From the NCBI GenBank assembly GCA_046483305.1, contig JAWODM010000018.1, forward strand, positions 28,360-92,359: a DNA stretch of 64,000 nt, in the 5' to 3' direction. The notes beneath the pieces are model-generated. The model saw nothing but the letters and a program-made list of their open reading frames with translations. It was not told the DNA's origin and made no database searches. The DNA is from Candidatus Krumholzibacteriales bacterium. GTDB taxonomy: Bacteria > Krumholzibacteriota > Krumholzibacteriia > Krumholzibacteriales > WJIX01. Positions within the stretch are counted from its first letter, which is position 1. Every line of letters starts with the position of its first letter. Position numbers and translations under genes: made by a program. Below are positions 1-8,660 of this stretch, piece after piece.

Positions 1-204
1 TTTGAAAGGACCTTCCGGCCTCTCGATCAGCTATAAAATTCTTTTACATTATTATATGACCGGCTGTATTCTGCTGCTATCATGATAATTAGCCTGTTAA
101 AAATCTTTATCCGGAGTCTGCCTCTCCTGCCGTCAAAACCGGTCACGCCGCTTTTCGCCGGCTTACGGACAGAAAAAAATAATTGTTTCCGGGAAATTCT
201 TTTA

Positions 205-3200
205 TTACTGATCTTCGAGACTGTATTTCTTGATCTTGTTCAGAAGTGTGGGATAACTTATACCGAGCGCCTCCGAGGCGGCTTTCCTGTTCCAGGAATT
301 TGCCTCCAGCATATTCCTGATAACGTCCTTCTCCAGTCTGCTTATTCTTTCAGGAAGCGTCATGCTTTTCTCGCTGCTTCTCTTTCCGGTCAGGGATGAA
401 TCGAATATTATCTCCGGGGGGGTAATTCTTGAATTCTCGTCAGTCAGGATCACCGCCCTGTTCATGACCTTCTCCACCTCCCGGACATTCCCGGTCCAGT
501 CATAATTTACCAGTTTTTCCATTGCTTCTCTGGAAATACCGATTATATTCTTCTTCATCTTTCTGGCGAGTTTCCTCATGAACTGCTGAGCAAGGAGTCT
601 GATATCATCCCGCCTCTCGCGGAGAGGAGGTACGGTCATCGGAAAATCATTGATCCTGTAATAGAAATCCTCCAGCATCTTCCCTTTCTTGCACAGCTCC
701 AGGAGGTCAACCTTTGAAGCGAAGATAAGCCTCACATTCACATCCTCCATCCGGTTGCTTCCCACCGGCCTGATCTTTCTGGAATCCAGGAACTGAAGAA
801 GTTTTCCCTGAAGCTCCAGCGGCATCTTGCCTATTTCATCAAGAAAAGCGGTTCCGCCGTCAGCTTCGAGGAACAATCCCTTTTTATCCGAAACGGCTCC
901 GGTAAAAGCTCCCCTGGCGTGGCCGAATAGTTCGCTCTCCAGCAGATTTCCAGGCAGAGCGGCGCAATTAAGGTGGACGAATTTTCCGGTACGGGGGCTT
1001 AAATCATGGATGGCTTCGGCTATCAGGCCTTTCCCGGTCCCCGTCTCCCCCATAAGAAGGACTGTGGAGTCTGTCTCCGCCACCCTTCTGGCAAGATTGC
1101 AGAGCGATATCATTGATTCATCGCAGGTAATTACCCTCTCAAATCCGCTCTTGGGCTCATTCCGGGCTTCGCCGGCTCTGGGAGAAAAGAATATTCCCTT
1201 GATCAGGAACCCTACGAAACCGGCATAAGTGGATACTACATCATATATTGCTCCAAGCCTGGGAGGTTCTGATTCCGCGATTTCGGACTGGAAGAAAAGA
1301 AGGCCGACGGCCTTCCCATCCTTCTGTATCGGATAGATATAAACCGGAGCCTTTTCTCCCGGAAGTATATCCCTGATACCGCTGATCCTTCTGTCCTCCC
1401 CAACGTTGGTTATCAGAATCCTCTCGGTCGTTTCCTCGATCCCGCTGATCTCCTCATTCCTGAACCAGTCGCTTATCCTGGAGGATATATTTTCTGAAAT
1501 TCCCCTTCTGGCCAGAATAAGGGGCTTTTCTCCACTCTTGAATATCGAAACGAAGCCGTGATAAGCCTCGATCTTTTTCATCAGATCTTTAAGTATATAG
1601 TTAAGATATCCGTCCAGGTTCGAATTGCTGCTGAATACCTCCGGGAATCTATCCGGAACACTGAATGCTTCAGAGCCTTTTCCGTCAGCAGTTCTGACCG
1701 CCCTGTTTTCGATCTTTTTCCTGAAACGCCTGATCCTGCGGAGAAAATTCCTGTCTCCCAGTTCACGGGCGAGGTTCTTTGCCTTGTAAATATTTACCAG
1801 GCAGTCGTCAATATTTCCGAGTGACCTGGCGATCTTCGCCATGGTGAAGTGACAGTTGGCGCATTCCTCGAACTCTTCCGCCCTCTTGAAATATGACAGA
1901 GATTCCTTCAGAAGCTTGCTGGCAATAATCAGCATCTTCCTTCCCCCCAGGCTGTAGAGATGATTCGCCAGTATGTAACCGGATATATGGGCTTCATACG
2001 GATTATTGACTGCCAGGAATACTCTTATACTGGAATTTATATACTTTTTTGATTTCTCTGTGTTTTTGAGGAGGGCGTAAGCGCTTCCGACCGCCCTTTC
2101 AATATATCCTATTTCATGCAGCTCGTCGCAGTTCCTGGCTACCCTTAGAGCTTCTTCGCCCTTTCTGATAGCCTCTTCCGGCTGCTTCAGGGCCACGTTG
2201 ACTTCCACCTGCCTTCTGAGCACCTCGGCAACCACATCACTTTCGGGGAGTATTTCAACGGCCTTGTTCAAAGCCTTCTCGTAATTATCCGCGGCCTCCT
2301 CGTAATTGCCCTTGGCGAACATATAATCTCCGAGAAATTCATCGCATAGGGCCGCTTCTCTTCTGTAATTATTCTTCTCGGTAATAACTTTCGCTTCCAG
2401 AATGCGCCGTTCAGCCGAGATCAGGTTTCCGGTCCTGGTTTCCTTTACTCCCTTCATCAGGGTTGCCTTGGTGTACCGGAGGTCATCCCCGATTCTCCTG
2501 GCCATATCTCTTACTCTCTCAAACTCACTTTCAGCTCTCGCAAAACTGCGTTTTTTAAGATGTACTATTCCAAGATTCAGCCTTACCCGGACCTCGTGCT
2601 GGGCCAGCCCGGTCTCCTCGCATATCTCCAGCGCCCGGTTAAGGAAATGCAGCGCCCTTCCCCACCGGCAGGCATTCTTGTGGAAGAGCCCCAGGTTGTT
2701 CAGCACATAAGATTCGCCTACCACATCGTTTATCCGCCTGTAGGATGAGAGCGCATCCAGGGAATAACGCTCGCTCTTGTCACTCTCCCCCATTCTTGCG
2801 TAACAGTTGGCTATGAGGAGCTGAGTGTGTGCGACTTCCTGGTGGCGGTTGGTAATTCTCAGACTTTTGTAAGACCTGCAACCCTCCCTGAGAGCTTCTT
2901 CCACATCGTTCTGGTCATAAAGAATAATCGCTCTCCTGGAACCGATAATTGCGCGGGAGATGCCGTCATCTTCTCCGCAGTTAAGCTCCGCATCCTCAAG
3001 AAAAGCCATCGCCTCCGCCAGCATCCCCTTCTTCCGGTAACAGTCGCTTATCTTACGGTAAATCCTGACTATGGAGTCAGGGTCAGCTTCTACATTCCGC
3101 TGAAGAGCCTTGGTATAGTATTCAAGAGCCACCGAATAGTTTTCGGTGGACAGGTGCATATCTCCAAGTTCTTCTTCAGAACCTGTTGATCTGAAGCCCC

Positions 3201-3258
3201 TCTCGGAATGTTCGTTTCCGAAATTGAATTTATCATCACCCTGTGGATTATCCGGCAT
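205..3258 (-). CDS. sigma-54-dependent transcriptional activator (bEBP) with N-terminal TPR array and central GAF-like domain
   Basis: 1017-aa ORF. AAA+ sigma-54 interaction module with Walker A GETGTGKG and GAFTGA loop (HARGAFTGA). C-terminal Fis-type HTH (ASEALGISYPTLLNKIKKY). The first ~520 aa read as TPR-like helical repeats, followed by a GAF-like segment (HGFVSIFKSGEKPLILARRG...KAVGLLFFQSE). ATG at 3258. Confidence 0.85.
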   Translation of the reverse strand: MPDNPQGDDKFNFGNEHSERGFRSTGSEEELGDMHLSTENYSVALEYYTKALQRNVEADPDSIVRIYRKISDCYRKKGMLAEAMAFLEDAELNCGEDDGISRAIIGSRRAIILYDQNDVEEALREGCRSYKSLRITNRHQEVAHTQLLIANCYARMGESDKSERYSLDALSSYRRINDVVGESYVLNNLGLFHKNACRWGRALHFLNRALEICEETGLAQHEVRVRLNLGIVHLKKRSFARAESEFERVRDMARRIGDDLRYTKATLMKGVKETRTGNLISAERRILEAKVITEKNNYRREAALCDEFLGDYMFAKGNYEEAADNYEKALNKAVEILPESDVVAEVLRRQVEVNVALKQPEEAIRKGEEALRVARNCDELHEIGYIERAVGSAYALLKNTEKSKKYINSSIRVFLAVNNPYEAHISGYILANHLYSLGGRKMLIIASKLLKESLSYFKRAEEFEECANCHFTMAKIARSLGNIDDCLVNIYKAKNLARELGDRNFLRRIRRFRKKIENRAVRTADGKGSEAFSVPDRFPEVFSSNSNLDGYLNYILKDLMKKIEAYHGFVSIFKSGEKPLILARRGISENISSRISDWFRNEEISGIEETTERILITNVGEDRRISGIRDILPGEKAPVYIYPIQKDGKAVGLLFFQSEIAESEPPRLGAIYDVVSTYAGFVGFLIKGIFFSPRAGEARNEPKSGFERVITCDESMISLCNLARRVAETDSTVLLMGETGTGKGLIAEAIHDLSPRTGKFVHLNCAALPGNLLESELFGHARGAFTGAVSDKKGLFLEADGGTAFLDEIGKMPLELQGKLLQFLDSRKIRPVGSNRMEDVNVRLIFASKVDLLELCKKGKMLEDFYYRINDFPMTVPPLRERRDDIRLLAQQFMRKLARKMKKNIIGISREAMEKLVNYDWTGNVREVEKVMNRAVILTDENSRITPPEIIFDSSLTGKRSSEKSMTLPERISRLEKDVIRNMLEANSWNRKAASEALGISYPTLLNKIKKYSLEDQ

Positions 3259-3325
3259 CGGTTTTCCAAACTGTTAAATCCAGGGGAAAATATGAATAAT
3301 ATATCTATAAGCTATTTATTATTTC

Positions 3326-3607
3326 TTATTTTTCCCTGTCATTTCTTCCAGCATCATTTATCAGGTCGTCCCTGGCGTTCTCTCTCGTGCGGCCGTTAGC
3401 ATAATCATCCGCATCTCCACCGACTATATTGATTGTAACATCATCATCATCATCCGGAGTTATACTATCTATTATTTTTACAGCAAACCTGTAAAAACAG
3501 GACGACAGTATTCTCTGGTTGTTGACATCGATTATCGGTGAAGCATTAACTGATGAGGAGAGAAAAATGCATGCGAGAAGAATAACCGCAAAAATTTTCC
3601 CTTTCAT
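3326..3607 (-). CDS. small secreted acidic protein, unknown family
   Basis: 93 codons from the internal ATG at 3607 of ORF-track frame 3326..3652. SD-like AAGGAGAGGAG lies immediately upstream of that ATG. N-terminus MKGKIFAVILLACIFLSSSVNA looks like a signal peptide. The mature part is Asp-rich (DDDDD, GGDADDY). No family recognised. Confidence 0.55.
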   Translation of the reverse strand: MKGKIFAVILLACIFLSSSVNASPIIDVNNQRILSSCFYRFAVKIIDSITPDDDDDVTINIVGGDADDYANGRTRENARDDLINDAGRNDREK

Positions 3608-3647
3608 GGCTCCTCTCCTTTTTGAAGCCTGAAGCTTCAAAACACCC

Positions 3648-3691
3648 TGCAATCCCTTTTCCTTGTTTAATGTTAAAACAACGGCAGTGCC
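3648..3691 (-). promoter_or_regulatory. candidate sigma-54 (-24/-12) promoter(s) for the small secreted protein gene
   Basis: Minus strand reads CGGCACTGCCGTTGTT (3677-3691: good -24 GGCAC, -12 TTGT instead of TTGC). It also reads AAGGAAAAGGGATTGCA (3648-3664: GG and GC spaced as in TGGCAC-N5-TTGCA, perfect TTGCA). Both lie 40-85 nt upstream of ATG 3607. The upstream inverted repeat GATAAAT-N13-ATTTATC (3722-3748) could be an activator site. Confidence 0.4.
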
Positions 3692-3818
3692 GGGTCAATA
3701 GATTTTTCCGTAAAAGCGATTGATAAATAATCTATTACAAGATTTATCTGATTTATTGAGGAATAACTAGTCACAGGCGTTTCTGACTATATTTTTCAGC
3801 CGTTAAATACTGATTTTC

Positions 3819-5171
3819 TCAGCCCCGGTAGCTGATATCGTACTTATTGAGTTTGTTGTAAAGGTTGCTTCTCTGCATACCGAGCTTCCGGGCTGTCCTG
3901 GATACATTCCCTTCATTCTCCCTGAGTTTTCGAATAAAGAACTCCTTCTCAACCAGGTCCTTAAATTCATTATAGTTATCAACGCTGAAAGGATTCGCGG
4001 CGCTCTCCTCTTCACTTTCCAGGCGGGGCATGTCGGATATGCCTATCGCTTTATTCCTGCTGAGAATGCACATCCTTTCGATCATATTCCTCAGTTCCCT
4101 CACATTACCAGGCCAGCTGTAGTTCTTCAACTCCTCCATCAGCGGTTCGGATATGGATTTCTTCTCCAGCCCAAGTTCGGCTGTAATCTGCTCCAGAAAA
4201 TAAGATACCAGAATAGGGATGTCCGAAACTCTTTCACGGAGGGGTATAACCTCTATCGGCACCACATTCAGCCGGAAATACAGATCTTTTCTGAAAGTGC
4301 CATTTTCAATTTCTTTCTCCAGATTCTTGTTGGAAGCGGCGATAACTCTCACGTCTACTTTGATCTGTTTACTCCCTCCCACCCGCTGCAATACTGATTC
4401 CTGAAGAACCCGGAGAACCTTGGCCTGGGCGGAGAGGCTCATATCCCCGACTTCGTCGAGGAAAAGGGTTCCTTCGTCGGCCAGCTCGAACTTGCCGATC
4501 CTCAAATCAGTCGCTCCGGTAAAGGATCCCTTTTCATGTCCGAACAGTTCGCTCTCTATAAGGTCTTCGGGAATAGCCGCGCAGTTCACTTCGATAAAAG
4601 ATTCGTTAGCCCGGGCGCTCAGTTCATGGATCTTTCTGGCAACCAGTTCCTTGCCGGTTCCATTCTCGCCGGTGATTAGAACTCTGGCATTGGTGGGCGC
4701 TACCTGCCGGATAGTATTCATGATATCCTTTACGCTCTGATGTTCTCCGATAATCCTGGTCTCGGATTCCATTTTCTTTTTCAGTCTGATATTCTGCCTG
4801 GCCAGCCTTCCCTGCCTGATACCGTTTCTCACCGTCAGAAGAACTCTGTCCAGGTCAATAGGTTTCTCAATAAAATCGAAAGCGCCCAGCTTGGTGGCTT
4901 TAACCGCCGTATCAATGTTTCCGTGGCCCGATATTATTATTACCGGCAGGAACGGTTCTATCCTCTTCAACTCCTCCAGCACCTCTATACCGTCCATCCC
5001 CGGCATTTTGATGTCGAGAAGAACTATATCCACCATCTCATTCTTTACCGTCTCAATTGCGGCAGTCCCTTCAGGCGCCGTGAGCACGGCGTAATCTTCG
5101 TAAGAGAGAAGTTTCTTCAGGGAATCCCTGATGCTTTTCTCATCGTCTACTATCAGGACTTTCTTGCTCAT
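3819..5171 (-). CDS. NtrC-family sigma-54-dependent response regulator (REC-AAA+-HTH)
   Basis: Start taken at MSKKVLIVDDE (ATG 5171), inside ORF-track frame 3819..5222. REC domain with LLDIKMPGMDG, AAA+ with GENGTGKE and GSFTGA, C-terminal HTH (TARKLGMQRSNLYNKLNKY). The start overlaps the upstream stop as TAATG. Confidence 0.9.
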   Translation of the reverse strand: MSKKVLIVDDEKSIRDSLKKLLSYEDYAVLTAPEGTAAIETVKNEMVDIVLLDIKMPGMDGIEVLEELKRIEPFLPVIIISGHGNIDTAVKATKLGAFDFIEKPIDLDRVLLTVRNGIRQGRLARQNIRLKKKMESETRIIGEHQSVKDIMNTIRQVAPTNARVLITGENGTGKELVARKIHELSARANESFIEVNCAAIPEDLIESELFGHEKGSFTGATDLRIGKFELADEGTLFLDEVGDMSLSAQAKVLRVLQESVLQRVGGSKQIKVDVRVIAASNKNLEKEIENGTFRKDLYFRLNVVPIEVIPLRERVSDIPILVSYFLEQITAELGLEKKSISEPLMEELKNYSWPGNVRELRNMIERMCILSRNKAIGISDMPRLESEEESAANPFSVDNYNEFKDLVEKEFFIRKLRENEGNVSRTARKLGMQRSNLYNKLNKYDISYRG

Positions 5172-6175
5172 TAAAAGACATACCTCCCTGCAATTGCTTC
5201 TCCGGAGAGAATAACCCCCCACCTCAAATCTCTGGAAGTTATTCTGAACATCTTAATATTCATGGATTCAAGAATAAAATTCAACAGAACAATTCCGGCG
5301 GGCAGGAGTTCCGCCCTCTCGCCGGATACCGTCAGAAGGCGCTGCCAACTGACAACAGGCAGCCCCCTGACTCTTCTTACCAGGAGTCTCCAATCATCCA
5401 TGCGCATCCCGGTGGTCCTGCCGGGGTCCGGTTCAACCCCACTCATCAATTGATGGATCATTCCCGCCGTAACCGCTGTTCCGCCGGTCAGCAGGAAAGA
5501 ACTCCGGCCATTCAGACTGATACCCCGCCCCTCAATCTCCTCCGAACCGGGGAAAAATCCATCGCCGGCCAGATTAACCAGGCAGTTTCTCAGAGATCTG
5601 ATCATCAGCCTGCCTGACGGCCTTCTTGCCGCCGAAGCGAGAGAGTGAGTACCGAAAGGTATCTCCAGGTAATCATCAAAGGACCCCGCGCCACCGCTGG
5701 CTATCTCGGTACTGGTCCCTCCGAGGTCTATCAGAACAGCCTGTCTGTCATCGGGCAGAATTGAGGACGCTCCCAGAAAGGAGTAAGCCGCCTCCCCCTC
5801 TTCAGTGAGAACCCGAAGCTTACATGAACAGCTGTCGCTCAGAAAAGATACTATTTCCCTGGAATTCCGGGCTTTTCTGAAAGTTCCGGTTCCGGCGATC
5901 ACCGGGTCGGGACAGCCATTGACAGCGGAAAGATGGAGAAGCTCGTTCAGCAGATCCCCAGCCCTGTTAAGACTTTCTTCACTTACATAACCTTCCTTTA
6001 CCGCCTCCCGCCCCCACCCCACGAATCTCCTGTCCTCAAATACCGGCTTGATATCAGGGCCCTTCCCGGTGCCGATCCGCTCCGCCACCAGAAGCCTGAA
6101 ATAACTGCTGCCCAGGTCCAGGCAACCCTTCAAATCTCTTTTAGCTCTGGACAATTCGGTTTTATAACTTATCAT
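5171..6175 (-). CDS. Ppx/GppA-family phosphatase (exopolyphosphatase / guanosine pentaphosphate phosphohydrolase-like)
   Basis: ASKHA-fold motifs DLGSSYFRLLVAE, VIAGTGTFRKA, LIDLGGTSTEI, LLTGGTA. Start taken at MISYKTEL (ATG 6175), which leaves a 20-nt divergent gap to rlmN. ORF-track frame is 5171..6244. Confidence 0.75.
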   Translation of the reverse strand: MISYKTELSRAKRDLKGCLDLGSSYFRLLVAERIGTGKGPDIKPVFEDRRFVGWGREAVKEGYVSEESLNRAGDLLNELLHLSAVNGCPDPVIAGTGTFRKARNSREIVSFLSDSCSCKLRVLTEEGEAAYSFLGASSILPDDRQAVLIDLGGTSTEIASGGAGSFDDYLEIPFGTHSLASAARRPSGRLMIRSLRNCLVNLAGDGFFPGSEEIEGRGISLNGRSSFLLTGGTAVTAGMIHQLMSGVEPDPGRTTGMRMDDWRLLVRRVRGLPVVSWQRLLTVSGERAELLPAGIVLLNFILESMNIKMFRITSRDLRWGVILSGEAIAGRYVF

Positions 6176-6195
6176 CTCATAAAAAGGAGAACGGA

Positions 6196-7227
6196 TTGAA
6201 AAAGAAAAACATAAAAAATCTTTCCACGGATGAACTGTCTTCAATCATAGAAGATCTGGGTGAAAAAAACCACAGAAAATCTCAGCTGATGAAATGGTTA
6301 TATCAGAAGGGTGTGGAAGATTTCAACCTGATGAGCAATCTTCCCGGAGAGTTTAGAGAATGGCTCGATTCCCGGTTCAGGATCAGCTCTCTGTCCCTGG
6401 CGGAAGTGGTGGAATCGAAGGAAGACGGAAGCGCTAAATTCCTGCTTCAATGTGAGGACGGGCTCCTTCTGGAAGCTGTGCTGATGGAATTCGATAAACA
6501 CCAGACCATCTGCATCTCCAGCCAGATAGGGTGCCCCCTGCGTTGCGCCTTCTGCAGTACCGGGATGCAGGGATTCGAAAGAAACCTGCGCTCCGATGAG
6601 ATACTCAACCAGGTGCTCTTTTTCAGGAAAAACCATATTTACCCCAGGAGAAGGTTCAACATTGTTTTCATGGGTATGGGAGAGCCTTTCCTCAACCTTG
6701 AAAATCTTTACCGGGCGCTGGAGATACTGAACCACCAGGACGGATTCGCTCTGGCGGAAAAAAGAATTACAGTAAGCACCATCGGTTTCCCGGAGAAAAT
6801 CATCGAAGCGGCCGAAAGCAGCCTGAAATTCAGCCTGGCCATATCTCTGAACGGGACCACCGACAGCAAGAGAAAGGAACTGATGCCGGGGTCCGGACCG
6901 ATCGAAGAAACACTCTCGGCCGCTGAATATTTTTCCAGGATGAAAGGGACCAGAACCACTCTGGAATATGTGCTGATAAATGGAGAGAACGATTCTGACG
7001 ACGATGCGGCCAGGCTTTCTGGAATGACCTCCGGAAAACCTTTCAAGATCAATCTTATCCCATTCAATGAATGGAAAGGGTCTCCCTTCAGAACCCCGTC
7101 TGAGAAGAGGCTGAACCGGTTTATCAAGCTTCTCCTTCCCTCGGCTCCGGCGGTAACGGTTCGAAGAAGCAGAGGGAAAGATATATCGGCGGCCTGCGGC
7201 CAGCTTCGTTATCGAAGGAAGGGCTGA
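6196..7227 (+). CDS. rlmN: 23S rRNA/tRNA (adenine-C2)-methyltransferase RlmN, radical SAM
   Basis: 343 aa. Radical-SAM CPLRCAFCSTG and C-terminal DISAACGQL are typical of RlmN. TTG start at 6196 preceded by AAGGAGA. Confidence 0.9.
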   Translation: MKKKNIKNLSTDELSSIIEDLGEKNHRKSQLMKWLYQKGVEDFNLMSNLPGEFREWLDSRFRISSLSLAEVVESKEDGSAKFLLQCEDGLLLEAVLMEFDKHQTICISSQIGCPLRCAFCSTGMQGFERNLRSDEILNQVLFFRKNHIYPRRRFNIVFMGMGEPFLNLENLYRALEILNHQDGFALAEKRITVSTIGFPEKIIEAAESSLKFSLAISLNGTTDSKRKELMPGSGPIEETLSAAEYFSRMKGTRTTLEYVLINGENDSDDDAARLSGMTSGKPFKINLIPFNEWKGSPFRTPSEKRLNRFIKLLLPSAPAVTVRRSRGKDISAACGQLRYRRKG

Positions 7228-7236
7228 ACCGCATTA

Positions 7237-8319
7237 TTATCTGAGGAGGAGCATTTTGCCGCTGGAGATTTCTCTTCCGGCCTTCACCACATAAAGGTAA
7301 ACGCCGCTGGAAGCGGGCAATCCTCTTCGGTCTCTGCCGTCCCAGGTTGCCGTGACCGTACCCTCCGGCAGCGGTTCATTGTAGATCTCTCTTACCAGCC
7401 TTCCCCTGACATCAAATACCGATATGCTCAAATACGTCGCAGCTTTGACGGACTCCCGGTTGAGGTCGACCCTGACAGTAGTGGAAGGATTGAAAGGATT
7501 GGGGTAATTCGACGCCGCAAGCGCTGCGGGTTCAGACGAGCCCCGCCGGGCCGGGCTGTAACCGCCGATCAGTGAACAGAAAAAATCCTCCAGGCCCGGA
7601 ACTTCATCCGGAAGCGGAAGTTCGCTGTTTTCGATCGCGTCGGTATAAAGAGCTCCATCGCCGGCGAAGAGGTACCTGAAATCCTCCGCAAATACCTCAA
7701 GCGGATTGTCCGAATGGCAGCAGTTGTTCAACCCGCCCTCCCAATCGGTGGCCAGGCCCCGCATATCCGTATATACCTGCCACTGCCGGACACTGTCTGC
7801 CGGAAGATATCTGGTCTGCACGCAGTGGCCCAATTCATGGGTAACCGTATATCTGCTGGCCGTGGAAGAAGGCTCCAGCACCCCGGGTGAAAGGAAAATC
7901 CTGTAGCCGCTGGCGGTGCTGTTTATTATGCCCCTTCTGGGAAACGGAAGAAGGTAGACTTTAATCTCTATATCGATAGCATGACCGTTTACATCAACAC
8001 TGCTGAGAGCTTCCACGATATCCATAAAGCGGTGCGGGTGGAATTCCCCGTCGCCGCTGAAGGATATCTCCCGGTCCTCCGCATCCTCTATAAGGGCATA
8101 TTCCCACCCTCTTTCCACCACGAATATCAGCTCTCCGGCTTCATTCCTCCTGGTCATCTCCTCTTCGATCACCCCGGGTGTGTAAATGCTTGCCTCGATA
8201 CCGTTTTCAAAGGAATAATTGAGTGATTTTCCCAATACAGGCGAAAACACGGCGGGGAAAAGCGAGAGGCAAACAGCCAGGATTGCAACCCATAACTTAT
8301 TGTTATTTATATAATTCAC
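7237..8319 (-). CDS. secreted zinc metalloprotease-like protein with T9SS-type C-terminal sorting domain
   Basis: Signal peptide (LWVAILAVCLSLFPAVFS). HExxH motif (THELGH). The C-terminal ~80 aa (NYPNPFNPSTTVRVDL...SGVYLYVVKAGREISSGKMLLLR) match the Por/T9SS type-A sorting-domain pattern. GTG start. Confidence 0.7.
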   Translation of the reverse strand: MNYINNNKLWVAILAVCLSLFPAVFSPVLGKSLNYSFENGIEASIYTPGVIEEEMTRRNEAGELIFVVERGWEYALIEDAEDREISFSGDGEFHPHRFMDIVEALSSVDVNGHAIDIEIKVYLLPFPRRGIINSTASGYRIFLSPGVLEPSSTASRYTVTHELGHCVQTRYLPADSVRQWQVYTDMRGLATDWEGGLNNCCHSDNPLEVFAEDFRYLFAGDGALYTDAIENSELPLPDEVPGLEDFFCSLIGGYSPARRGSSEPAALAASNYPNPFNPSTTVRVDLNRESVKAATYLSISVFDVRGRLVREIYNEPLPEGTVTATWDGRDRRGLPASSGVYLYVVKAGREISSGKMLLLR

Positions 8320-8660
8320 AACTATACACAGTTCGTTGACTTAAAAATGTCACATTAATCAACTGCATCTGCCATTCCCATAAGGCGCCGGGGCAGAGCG
8401 CCTTCAGGGAATCCGGCGTGGGCAGCCGGAAAGCGATAAGATAATTACCTGTGCTACAATTACTTATCCCAGGAGGCCAGAAACGGCATAATTTCATTGT
8501 TTTGAAATCGGAAGATCAAATAGGACCGCGCAACCCGGATTATTGAGGAATATCCCCCATTTGTTCAGGAGTGCGAGAGATTGATTGCCCCGTATCAGAA
8601 TGTAATATATATAGTTATGGGAATATATAAGAAAGCGGATTATTCCGCAGTACTCGCCCG

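Noticed and set aside
82-399. 105-aa plus-strand ORF at the window start
   Set aside because: About two-thirds of it (205-399) overlaps the 3' end of the bEBP gene on the opposite strand. No SD and no motif.
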